A stretch of 64,000 nucleotides of DNA from an uncultured Verrucomicrobiae bacterium (GTDB taxonomy: Bacteria; Verrucomicrobiota; Verrucomicrobiia; Chthoniobacterales; JAFAMB01). Below the pieces are notes generated by a model. The model searched no databases. It was not told the origin of the DNA and worked only from the letters and a program-made list of their open reading frames with translations. The stretch spans positions 576,001 through 640,000 of the forward strand of contig CAWEXO010000013.1 of assembly GCA_963813025.1 (NCBI GenBank), written 5' to 3'. This document shows, in pieces, positions 22,873-31,414 of the stretch. A program made the position numbers and the translations under genes. Each line of letters opens with the position of its first letter. The first letter of the stretch is position 1.

Positions 22873-24280
22873 GAGCTATAACCGAATTTTGTGGATGAGG
22901 AGATAAAGAAAGGCGCATCCTTTCAGTGAGAAAAAGAAACACGGCAGCCTCACTCGAGGACGCCAAAAAGAAAGGATGCACCAATGCCAGAGAATAAAGT
23001 GGTCTCGCTTGATGAGCGAGCAAAAGATGAAGAGAAGCCCTTCCTGGAACAGTTACTGCAGGAAGGGGCCAGGAAGCTGTTACAGGCGGCAATCGAGAAT
23101 GAGGTGATCGACTATATCCAATTCCACAAAGATCAGCGGGATGAGAATGGGCAGCGGCTGGTGGTACGCAATGGACATCTGCCGGAGCGGGAGGTGGTCA
23201 GTGGAGTGGGTCCGATCCGGGTTCGTCAGCCACGGATCCGGCATCGCGACCAAGGTCGATTTTCCAGCGCGATTCTGCCCAAGTATATGCGTCGGGCTCC
23301 CAGCGTCGATGCTTTGATTCCAGCCCTTTACCTCAAAGGGATCTCAACCGGAGATTTCAGCGAAGCGTTGACAGCGATTTTGGGCGAAGGAGCCAGTGGG
23401 CTTTCAGCCACCAACATCGTCAGACTCAAGAGCAGTTGGGAAGCCGATTACAAGGCATGGACTCAGCGTGACTTGAGGCAGAAGCGTTACGTTTATTGGT
23501 GGGCCGACGGCGTCTATTTCAACGTCCGACTCGACGAAGAGCGAACCTGCGTGCTGGTCTTGATCGGAGCCACCGAGGATGGCACCAAAGAACTCTTAGC
23601 TGTTGTCGACGGTTATCGCGAAAGCACCCAATCCTGGCGTGAACTGCTTGGGCAGCTCAAACGCCTAGGCCTGTCCGCCGCGCCGAAGTTGGCCATCGGT
23701 GACGGTTCGCTCGGCTTCTGGATCGCTCTGCAGGAAGAATATGGCCCGATCGCCCAGCAACGTTGTTGGGTGCATAAGACAGCCAACATCCTGGATAAAA
23801 TGCCCAAGAGTGTGCAAGGTAAAGCTAAGCAACTCATCCATGAAATGTACCTGGCGCCGACCCGCAAAGCAGCTCTGGCGGCCTACGATCAGTTCATCTC
23901 CAGTTACCAAATCAAGTTCCCAAAAGCCTGCGAATGCTTGGACAAAGATAAAGAAGTCCTGTTTACCTTTTACGACTTCCCAGCCCAACATTGGCCGCAT
24001 TTACGGACCACCAACCCCATCGAATCCACCTTTGCTACCGTCCGATTACGAACTCACCGAACAAAGGGTTGCGGTTCACGAATCGCGACACTGACAATGG
24101 TCTTTAAACTCGGTCTGGAAGCCCAAAAGCATTGGCGCCGGCTTCAGGGCTTCGAACTGATCCCAAAGGTAGTTACTGGTGTCCGGTTCGTCGATGGCGA
24201 AGAACAAACCCAACAGGCCGCTTAATCGATCATTTCAAAGGATGCGCCCGTTCCCAATACACAACTTTTGACAATATCTC
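22873..24280 (+). mobile_element. IS256-family insertion sequence
   Basis: Imperfect terminal IR (gagctataaccgaattttgtg vs reverse complement gagatattgtcaaaagttgtg, 14/21) plus subterminal ggcgcatccttt/aaaggatgcgcc. Confidence 0.85.
22984..24225 (+). CDS. IS256 family transposase
   Basis: RNGH, LYLKGISTGD, WADGVY, AIGDG, QRCWVHK, RTTNPIES. Confidence 0.96.
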   Translation: MPENKVVSLDERAKDEEKPFLEQLLQEGARKLLQAAIENEVIDYIQFHKDQRDENGQRLVVRNGHLPEREVVSGVGPIRVRQPRIRHRDQGRFSSAILPKYMRRAPSVDALIPALYLKGISTGDFSEALTAILGEGASGLSATNIVRLKSSWEADYKAWTQRDLRQKRYVYWWADGVYFNVRLDEERTCVLVLIGATEDGTKELLAVVDGYRESTQSWRELLGQLKRLGLSAAPKLAIGDGSLGFWIALQEEYGPIAQQRCWVHKTANILDKMPKSVQGKAKQLIHEMYLAPTRKAALAAYDQFISSYQIKFPKACECLDKDKEVLFTFYDFPAQHWPHLRTTNPIESTFATVRLRTHRTKGCGSRIATLTMVFKLGLEAQKHWRRLQGFELIPKVVTGVRFVDGEEQTQQAA

Positions 24281-24438
24281 TTCGGCTATGACGGTAGAAG
24301 CGAACCTTGCCGCTCCACCCGATATGCTCCCACCTCTTAGCGGCAACAAAGCGAAAATACAACTGAACCATTACTCTGGTTAATCTGTGGGGCGCCAGTG
24401 GTCGCCAACCGCTGGCCCTTCTTTTTCCTCAGATGGGC

Positions 24439-24662
24439 TCATGGCTGGGTTGCTTTCTTCCGGGGACCCCCGGTGCGCGGGAAACCCTTGCCTCGGGCCA
24501 GAATAAATTTGTCCAGAGTCTCTTTCGTAAAAAAATACCGGCCTTTAAATTTATTGGACGGCAGTCTGTCGGTATAGACAAAATACATGAGACTGCCATG
24601 GTCCAAGCCCACGTATTTTGCAGCTTCTTTGCTGTTAGGTCGTTTTCGGTAACTGTGGTCAT
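24439..24662 (-). pseudogene. Excisionase-type HTH protein, frameshifted near N-terminus
   Basis: After MTTVTENDL the alternate frame reads SKEAAKYVGLDHGSLMYFVYTDRLPSNKFKGRYFFTKETLDKFI. Confidence 0.65.
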
Positions 24663-24673
24663 TTCAATAAGTA

Positions 24674-25225
24674 CTAATTGATTTTTAGGTGCTCGGAACA
24701 GTTCCTAACTGTCTTAGCTATTGGCCCACCGTTAGGCTTCTCGTACAGCCACAGAAGTTTCTGCTCCCGCCCGTTATCCCCTCGCGTTACGCACGGCAAC
24801 CGCGTCAGCCGCACCGCGGTTAGTGCGCCAGGATCGGCCCCGAACGGGATCAGTAGCGGCATAAGCTTGTCGCGCACAATGCGGTCAAAGTCTTCTTTGG
24901 ATCCTGCCCCGGTGCGGAACAAGGCATGCACACTCCGGTTGCCCGAGGTGTAAAGCGCGACAATGGGGAGGTGGAGCTGCATTAGTAACCGCAGCCATAG
25001 ATCCTCCGGTGCTAGGTCTGACTCAAGAACAGCATGGCGAAAGCTTGTCAGATTTCCCTCTGACCGGATAGACCCGTTAACCACCTCGCCATTGACTGGA
25101 TTACTTAAAATCCAACAGCCATCATTGTTCTTAGCAATGTACCTGGCCAGCAGATCCGCGGACCTCTCGTCTCCGACGTTGTAAATAAACCCGACCTTGG
25201 AGTTTTTATTCTTGGTGACGAACAC
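24674..25225 (-). CDS. RepB/AEP-like primase domain, probably N-terminally truncated
   Basis: FRHAVLESD, LPIVALYTSGNRSVHAL, ADP...VRLTRLP. Confidence 0.6.
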   Translation of the reverse strand: MFVTKNKNSKVGFIYNVGDERSADLLARYIAKNNDGCWILSNPVNGEVVNGSIRSEGNLTSFRHAVLESDLAPEDLWLRLLMQLHLPIVALYTSGNRSVHALFRTGAGSKEDFDRIVRDKLMPLLIPFGADPGALTAVRLTRLPCVTRGDNGREQKLLWLYEKPNGGPIAKTVRNCSEHLKIN

Positions 25226-25248
25226 CTTTTCGCCGGTGAGAGATTCTT

Positions 25249-26391
25249 TCAGAACGTCACACGCGCTGCCATAGCCTGGCTGTGCTCATCGCGGAGGTGA
25301 CCATAGGTTCGCATCGCCAGGGAACCGCCATCCGAATGACCAAGCCAGCGCGATACGATGGGAATGTCCACCCCGGATTCAATACAACGGGTGGCGAACA
25401 GGTGACGAAGGTCGTGATGCGTAAAGCGGGCGATCCCCAGTCTGGCGCATGCCCGGTCAATGGCTTTCTGGCATTCAGTGACTGCAAGCACGTATCCGGC
25501 CTTTCTCCGGGCCGCAGAACGCGGGTAACGCGGCGTCTGGCGCAGGTCGATAAGCAGCTTTGCCAAAGGCTCGATAATCGGAATCCAGCGAGTCTTGCCG
25601 CTCTTGGTGGAGTTAAGGGGATCGCCACAGATTTTGATTCGGGCACCGTTTTCGTCTACATGATCCCAGAGCACGCACCGCGCCTCATCGACTCGACAGC
25701 CGGTGTAAGATAAGAACTCAACCAAGTCTGCCGAACACTGACTGACCGCGCCCTCGGCGCTGCGGATTTCTTTAACGAGTGCCGCGAACTGAGTGCCAGT
25801 AGGTATCCGCATCGTCTTCTGCTTGGGCGTAATCTTGCCGATGACGTTCGCCGGATTGTCTAGAATAGCGCCGTGTTCAACGCCAACATCCAAGATGTGC
25901 CGAAGGGTGTCGACAGTGTTATTGAATCGGCCGGCTGAAATGGTTTTCTGTGCTCCGTCGGTCTTCCACCCATGGCCATTGGCCCGCTTTGAATTTAAGA
26001 AGACCTTGGCCCACTCCCGGCATTGAGATTGGCTGATCGCTGAAATTCTTGTGTCAGCTAATCCGGGCCATGAACGAAACAAAGTTTTGATCGTCTGGAA
26101 CCGATAATCCTTGCTCGATTGTTTGATCTCACTATCAGTTTCGACCTTGGCCCGGTAGAGTTCAGCGGCTTGGCCTAGCGTCGGTTTTCCAGACAGAAGG
26201 GCGTCGGATATGTTGCGGGTCTTGTTGATCTCTTGGAGGACCTTCGGCGCTTGGGCGCGGGCTATCTCGAAGGAAGTTGTCTTAAGAGCTTTCCACATCT
26301 CGCTGCCTTGCCGGAAGCCACGCACATAGTACCTTCCGGAATCACGATGGCGATAGAGATGCTGAACTTTGGTTTGAATCCATGTGGCCGT
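25249..26391 (-). CDS. Tyrosine integrase of the tRNA-Arg island
   Basis: YTGCRVDE, KSGK, HDLRH, LGHSDGG, TYGH; frame open upstream of GTG 26325 to ACG 26391 (TATWIQTKVQHLYRHRDSGRYYVR). Confidence 0.92.
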   Translation of the reverse strand, partial: TATWIQTKVQHLYRHRDSGRYYVRGFRQGSEMWKALKTTSFEIARAQAPKVLQEINKTRNISDALLSGKPTLGQAAELYRAKVETDSEIKQSSKDYRFQTIKTLFRSWPGLADTRISAISQSQCREWAKVFLNSKRANGHGWKTDGAQKTISAGRFNNTVDTLRHILDVGVEHGAILDNPANVIGKITPKQKTMRIPTGTQFAALVKEIRSAEGAVSQCSADLVEFLSYTGCRVDEARCVLWDHVDENGARIKICGDPLNSTKSGKTRWIPIIEPLAKLLIDLRQTPRYPRSAARRKAGYVLAVTECQKAIDRACARLGIARFTHHDLRHLFATRCIESGVDIPIVSRWLGHSDGGSLAMRTYGHLRDEHSQAMAARVTF

Positions 26392-26434
26392 AACAGCACT
26401 GTACCCGAACCCACCGTGAACGCAACCGTGAAAA

Positions 26435-26511
26435 GCGCTCTTAGCTCAGGTGGATAGAGCAAGGGATTTCTAATCCCTAGGTCACAGGTTCGAGTCCTGT
26501 AGAGCGCACCA
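26435..26511 (+). tRNA. tRNA-Arg (TCT)
   Basis: Acceptor stem gcgctct/agagcgc, anticodon arm aggga-tttctaa-tccct, GGTTCGAGTCC T-arm, encoded CCA. Confidence 0.97.
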
Positions 26512-26559
26512 CCAGATGAATTCAAGAACACCACTGACGACTTCAGAACATCCTCCATC

Positions 26560-26967
26560 ATGACCGAACAACCTGCTTTAGCCGAATACCTCGTGATTTC
26601 ACGGGGACAATGGGACCCAACCCTTTCGGGGAGTGAAATACAGAGCGCGATCGATCAGTTCTACACTTGGTATGAGCGATTGGCGAATGAAGGAAAAATT
26701 AAGCGAGGGAGTCGGCTCACGTACGAAGGCAAAACGATCGCGGGACAAAATCTGGTAACCGACGGTCCATTTGGCGAAACCAAGGAAGTGATTGGTGGTT
26801 ACTGGTTCATTCTCGCGAACAGCCTCGACGAAGCCGTGCAGATCGCCAAAGGCAACCCCTGCTTGAACTGCGGCATTTTTTGCGAAATCAGGCCCGTCGA
26901 TTCCCAACGCGCAACCCCGGAAAATACCCGGGCATCGAGGGCTGATAGAATTAGTGATGACCGATGA
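26560..26967 (+). CDS. YciI family protein
   Basis: VTDGPFGETKEVIGGYWFI...EAV...P...EIRP. Confidence 0.9.
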   Translation: MTEQPALAEYLVISRGQWDPTLSGSEIQSAIDQFYTWYERLANEGKIKRGSRLTYEGKTIAGQNLVTDGPFGETKEVIGGYWFILANSLDEAVQIAKGNPCLNCGIFCEIRPVDSQRATPENTRASRADRISDDR

Positions 26968-26983
26968 CCGATGACCGATGACC
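26956..26983 (+). repeat. (GATGACC)4 heptamer tandem repeat
   Basis: Four perfect units overlapping the YciI stop; same unit as near 437-460. Confidence 0.85.
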
Positions 26984-27042
26984 TGCACGCACGACTTTTC
27001 TCTGACGTTTACCGTAGTGCTGGGCTAACCCGCGAAACTCCG

Positions 27043-28172
27043 CTAGTACTTAGTTGCTTTAGTTCTTTATATTTATGAAAAATTATGATTTGTTGGATGG
27101 ATGGCAACGGGTCGCATCAAACTTTCTGTGGAAAAGCGCAAGCTCTTGGAGGGTTGGAGTCGAGCGCAACGGGTCGAACACCGGCTCAAGGTCAGGAGTC
27201 AGATTATCTTGAAGGCGGCAGCGGGCTTGAGTGGACGTGCGATTGCCAAGAGCCTGCGCATTCCCGAGGTGACGGTGAGTAAATGGCGGCGGCGCTTTGT
27301 GCGCCAAGGCCTGGCTGGCTTGGAAGACGCGCCACGCAGTGGAAAGCCGGCCAAGTATGATCAAATGACGGTCAAGCGGGTCTTGGCGCTGCTGGATGAA
27401 GATCCACCGGCGGGCTACGGGCGCTGGAATGGGCGACTGCTGGCGCAGAGTCTGGCCGATGTTTCCTCCGATCAAGTCTGGCGCATTTTGCGCCAACAAG
27501 GCATTGAATTGGAACGGCGCCGCAGCTGGTGCATTTCCACCGATCCGGAGTTTGTGCGCAAGGCCGCTGACATTGTCGGTCTTTATCTCAATCCGCCCCA
27601 GAATGCGCTCATCTTGGCCATTGATGAAAAACCAGCCATTCAAGCCCTGGAAAGAGCCCAAGGTTGGATTCGCTTGCCCAATGGCAGGGCGCTGACGGGT
27701 TTTAGCCACGAGTACAAGCGCCATGGCACCTCCACTCTCTTTGCCGCCCTCAACATTGCCAGCGGCCAAGTGCAGGCTGGTCATTACCGGCGCCAGCGCC
27801 GACGGGAATTCCTGGAGTTTATGAACCAGGTAGTTGCCGGAAATCTCGACAAAGAAATTCATGTGGTCTTAGACAACCTTGCGACCCATAAGCCAAAGCA
27901 AGATCGCTGGTTGAAGGCTCACCCCAATGTGCATTTTCATTTCACTCCAACCCACGCTTCTTGGCTCAACCAGATTGAGATCTGGTTTAGTATCTTGAGC
28001 CGCCAAGCCCTCCAGGGGGCAAACTTCACCAGCGTGGCAGAGCTGCGCAACGCCATCGACACCTTCATCAAGAACTACAATAACAATGCGGCTCCCTTCG
28101 AATGGACCAAATCCCAGGTACATCAGGGGAAAGTCGCCATACATATAACTAACTTACGCAATTAGGCACTAG
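27043..28172 (+). mobile_element. IS630-family insertion sequence
   Basis: CTAG at both ends; ~30 bp imperfect IR ctagtacttagttgctttagttctttatat vs reverse complement ctagtgcctaattgcgtaagttagttatat. Confidence 0.92.
27101..28165 (+). CDS. IS630 family transposase
   Basis: LEDAPRSG, IDEKPAIQAL, EYKRHGT, VLDNLATHK, HFTPTHASWLNQIEIWF. Confidence 0.96.
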   Translation: MATGRIKLSVEKRKLLEGWSRAQRVEHRLKVRSQIILKAAAGLSGRAIAKSLRIPEVTVSKWRRRFVRQGLAGLEDAPRSGKPAKYDQMTVKRVLALLDEDPPAGYGRWNGRLLAQSLADVSSDQVWRILRQQGIELERRRSWCISTDPEFVRKAADIVGLYLNPPQNALILAIDEKPAIQALERAQGWIRLPNGRALTGFSHEYKRHGTSTLFAALNIASGQVQAGHYRRQRRREFLEFMNQVVAGNLDKEIHVVLDNLATHKPKQDRWLKAHPNVHFHFTPTHASWLNQIEIWFSILSRQALQGANFTSVAELRNAIDTFIKNYNNNAAPFEWTKSQVHQGKVAIHITNLRN

Positions 28173-28389
28173 TTCCTTGTTCTCGGACGACAAAACTGGG
28201 AGGCCAGTCAAGCCTCTGATTCTCACGATAAGCCCGGAGAAGGGCATCGGTGCATAGTTGAAAAAAATGGCTTCGATCTTTGAAACCGAATTCGCGGACC
28301 ACTCGTTCCAGAGAGCCCAGGTTCTCTAATCGCACGCTGGTTGTTCGTTTATTTTCGGCCGTCGGACTGTTGTTCGCCACAGAGTTCAT
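28162..28389 (-). CDS. Small RHH/CopG-like protein with its 3' end altered by IS630
   Basis: KRTTSVRLENL..LERVVREFGFKDRSHFFQLC; reads into the IS right end. Confidence 0.6.
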   Translation of the reverse strand: MNSVANNSPTAENKRTTSVRLENLGSLERVVREFGFKDRSHFFQLCTDALLRAYRENQRLDWPPSFVVREQGTSA

Positions 28390-29140
28390 TCGTAAAAATC
28401 CTGGTTGGATCGGTCCTGCCGCATTCCGGGATCGGCTCGGTCGAATAAGATCCCGGGCAGCTGGTTGGGTTCCGATTTGCTTTAGCAAATTGCGTTTGGT
28501 GTACTTCCTATTCTGTTGCGTCGCAGTCGCTGTCCCAGATGCACGAAGCAATGCGGAAAGTGAAATGCTCGTCCCGAAGGGCGATGGAAAATAGGCCGAC
28601 AATTCATTGCCGGTGTCGATGCCACCCAAGGGTTTCCACCAGGTTTCCACCCGGGAGTGCCGGGCTGAGGAGCACCTACGTCGATTCAGAGTCATGTAGC
28701 GCGGGCGGCCATGGGCGCTCCCAGCGGATTAAAGCGCTGGAACCTTCCGCCCTAATGAGGGCGAGACGGAGAGGAACGGTTTTCCCGGGTTAACGCCAGG
28801 TTAAAACCTGCGGACTGAGTCCTCATGTTCCTTCGGGACTAAACAAGTTAAAGCCCGACGGGCCATCCCTAGTCCGTACTCCTTTGGCTGCACGAGTGCA
28901 CCGCAGGCCATCGTGGGATCTTAGGCATAGCGGCCCGCCCTCCTTCGCTCAAGAGCCTCGGCGGGACGCAGCCGGGCACAGCTATCACGTGCGCGATCTA
29001 AAGAATGGCGAATCTTTCCGTTGCCAAATGCCTGTCCCTTGGTACTCTCCATTCAATGTTCGTACCTGACTTCAAGCGCAATTGCATCGGTCACATGCCG
29101 GCTACGGCGTGGTGTGACCGGATTGCGCTTCGCGATCTGT

Positions 29141-29240
29141 CCATCACCCGAAGTGGTGGGTTCGCTAAAAAGTCCAGATAAACGAATCAAGATTTTAAAG
29201 CAAACCCACCGCTGAGCAACGGCGGTGGGTTTTTTATTTT
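29141..29240 (+). promoter_or_regulatory. Attenuator-like leader with alternative hairpins
   Basis: ccatcac/gtggtgg (1:2), gtggtgggttcgct/agcaaacccaccgc (2:3) and terminator (3:4); TGG TGG GTT CGC TAA in segment 2. Confidence 0.6.
29202..29240 (+). terminator. Intrinsic terminator
   Basis: aaacccaccgc-tgagcaacg-gcggtgggttt followed by a T-run. Confidence 0.85.
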
Positions 29241-29273
29241 CCTACCGCCGGTTCGCGAAACCGGAGAACCCCA

Positions 29274-29435
29274 ATGAACAATAACCAAGACATCGAGCTG
29301 AACCTGGAGCAACAGATGGCTGCTCTCGCCCAATTGTATCTTGAGTTGGCTCTGCCCTTGTCGGCAGCTGTTGAGGCTGCCCTGGCCGACCTGCAGGACC
29401 TTGACGCCGAATTTCTGGTCGCGGAAGCTGCCTAG
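29274..29435 (+). CDS. 53-aa acidic helical small protein (not in ORF track)
   Basis: GGAG RBS; MNNNQDIELNLEQQMAALAQLYLELALPLSAAVEAALADLQDLDAEFLVAEAA; stop overlaps the cca start (TAGTG). Confidence 0.65.
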   Translation: MNNNQDIELNLEQQMAALAQLYLELALPLSAAVEAALADLQDLDAEFLVAEAA

Positions 29436-30784
29436 TGGCTCTACCGGCAAACCTGGTGCGCGCAACATCGTGGCAAACCGCTACTTCCCTGGTCCGAAGA
29501 TTGCAGGGCAACGGTTTTGTCGCCTTTTTTGCGGGGGGCAGCGTGCGGGACGCCTTGCGTGGGATGCCCTCGAAAGACATCGACATCGCGACCAGCGCAA
29601 CTCCGGCGGACGTCCAGAGGTTGTTTCGGAAGACGGTCCCGGTTGGAGTTCAATTTGGGGTGGTCCGCGTGCTGGAAGCGGGATGCGAGTTTGAGGTAGC
29701 CACGTTTCGATCCGATGGACGGTATATCGATGGGCGCCATCCGCAGTCAGTACGGTTTTCCTCGCCGGAAGAGGATGCGCAGCGGCGTGACTTCACGATC
29801 AACGGGATGTTCTATGACCCGATCGCGGAATCAGTGTTGGACTTCGTCGGAGGTCAGGCAGACATCGAGCGCCGCCTGATTCGAGCCATTGGTGAGCCCG
29901 CGCACCGGTTCCGGGAAGATCGTCTTCGCCTGCTCCGGGCCGTCCGGTTTGCTGCGACGCTTGGCTTTTCGGTCGAGCCGCTTACCTGGAAAGCACTTCA
30001 ATCGCAAGCAGCCGAAATCGGGCAAGTAAGTCTGGAACGGATTCGCGATGAGCTCATGAAAATTCTATCCCATCCAGCACGTCTACGCGGACTCGATCTG
30101 CTGGATGCGAGCGGATTGCTCGCAATTGTCTTGCCCGAAGTCTTTTCCTTGAAAGGTGTGGAACAGCCCGCGGAATTTCATCCCGAGGGAGACGTTTATG
30201 TTCATACCAGGAAAATGTTAGAGTCTTTGGAGCCAGATTCGCCGCCGTTGCTTGTCCTTTCCGTCTTGCTTCACGATATTGGTAAGCGACCAACCCAGAC
30301 GTTTGATCCGCAGGAGAACCGGATTCGCTTCAATGGCCACGATCGGGTGGGAGCGGAGATGACGGAACGAGTGCTAACCCGGCTGCGCTTCTCGCGGGCC
30401 GAGATCGATGCAGTGGTCGAAGCGGTCCGCAATCACATGGTTTTCAAAGATGTCCAGCGGATGCGGCCGGCGCGTCTGCGCCGCTTTATGGCCCGGGAGA
30501 CTTTCCCGCTGGAGATCGAGTTACACCGAATTGATTGCGAGAGCAGCCACGGTAGCATCGACAATTACCATTTCCTCAAAGACAAGGCCGCCGAGTTCTC
30601 GGCAGAACCTTTGATCCCGCCGCGGCTTCTGAGTGGCAGGGATCTGATCGCGCTCGGATTGAAGCCCGGACCACTGTTCGGGAAAATTCTTGAGGCGGTT
30701 GAGACGGCGCAATTGGAGAATGAGATCGGCACGAAGGAAGAAGCGCTCCAGTTCGTGCGGAGATTGATCGGAGAGGGGAGCTGA
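29435..30784 (+). CDS. cca: CCA tRNA nucleotidyltransferase with HD domain
   Basis: AGGSVRD, KDIDIAT, EVATFR, RRDFTIN, EDRLRLLRAVRF, FHPEGDV..HT, LLHDIGK. Confidence 0.93.
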   Translation: MALPANLVRATSWQTATSLVRRLQGNGFVAFFAGGSVRDALRGMPSKDIDIATSATPADVQRLFRKTVPVGVQFGVVRVLEAGCEFEVATFRSDGRYIDGRHPQSVRFSSPEEDAQRRDFTINGMFYDPIAESVLDFVGGQADIERRLIRAIGEPAHRFREDRLRLLRAVRFAATLGFSVEPLTWKALQSQAAEIGQVSLERIRDELMKILSHPARLRGLDLLDASGLLAIVLPEVFSLKGVEQPAEFHPEGDVYVHTRKMLESLEPDSPPLLVLSVLLHDIGKRPTQTFDPQENRIRFNGHDRVGAEMTERVLTRLRFSRAEIDAVVEAVRNHMVFKDVQRMRPARLRRFMARETFPLEIELHRIDCESSHGSIDNYHFLKDKAAEFSAEPLIPPRLLSGRDLIALGLKPGPLFGKILEAVETAQLENEIGTKEEALQFVRRLIGEGS

Positions 30785-30882
30785 AGCTCAAGGAAGTTCG
30801 AGGAAGTTCGAGGAAGTTCAAGGAAGTTCAGGGAAGTTCAGGGAAGTTCGGGGAAGAAGGAAGTTCAAGGAAGTTCAGGGAA
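30783..30882 (+). repeat. (RGGAAGTTCR)n decamer array, left bracket
   Basis: About 9-10 units, some degenerate, starting at the cca stop codon. Confidence 0.95.
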
Positions 30883-30948
30883 TTGTCCGGGTTTGGTTCT
30901 TGCGAAAATCGGCTTGATCACAATAAAGAAACGTTCTATTTCAATGTT

Positions 30949-31335
30949 ATGAAATCCGCAAAAACGTTTCGAGACTTGGTGGTCTGGCAGAGAGCACATC
31001 AATATGTCCTGCAGTTATATAAATTTACTGAGTTATTCCCGAAATATGAGCAGTTCTGCTTGACCTCCCAGATGAGGAGGGCCGCTATTTCCATTCCAGC
31101 CAATATCGCCGAAGGGTTCAAAAAACGGAGTCGCGCGGACAAAACTCGCTATCTGAATATCGCACAAGGGTCACTGGAAGAATCACGATACTATCTCATT
31201 CTAAGCAACGACCTAGGATACGGTGTTGTGTCTTTACTGGAGGCAGAACTAGAGCATGTTTCACGCCTTTTAATTCGGTACGCAAATGCAATTGCAAAGA
31301 ATCAAAATGATCCGCGCGAGGTTTCCCTTCCCTGA
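30949..31335 (+). CDS. Four helix bundle protein (23S rRNA intervening-sequence protein / Avd-like family)
   Basis: FRDLVVWQRAH, FPKYEQFCLTSQMRRAAISIPANIAEG, YLNIAQGSLEE..YYLILS.DLGY; more AT-rich than its neighbours. Confidence 0.95.
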   Translation: MKSAKTFRDLVVWQRAHQYVLQLYKFTELFPKYEQFCLTSQMRRAAISIPANIAEGFKKRSRADKTRYLNIAQGSLEESRYYLILSNDLGYGVVSLLEAELEHVSRLLIRYANAIAKNQNDPREVSLP

Positions 31336-31409
31336 ACTTCCCTGAACTTCCCTGAACTTCCCTGAACTTCCCTGAACTTCCCCGAACTTCCTTGAACTTC
31401 CCTGAACTT
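31328..31409 (+). repeat. (CCTGAACTTC)8 decamer array, right bracket, inverted relative to 30783-30882
   Basis: 8 units; the first supplies the TGA stop of the four-helix gene. Confidence 0.95.
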
Positions 31410-31414
31410 GCATC

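Larger units (their letters stand above)
16197..26476. mobile_element. Decayed integrative element/prophage remnant at tRNA-Arg
   Basis: Flanking tRNA 5'-half direct repeats, tyrosine integrase at the right end, phage gene fragments and IS insertions. Confidence 0.85.

Noticed and set aside
27083..27862. 259-aa antisense ORF within IS630, and similar antisense ORFs in pgm, glgC, ileS and the MFS gene
   Set aside because: These are shadow ORFs expected opposite GC-rich coding sequence.
30949..31335. Diversity-generating retroelement (Avd-like gene)
   Set aside because: No reverse transcriptase and no TR/VR pair nearby.
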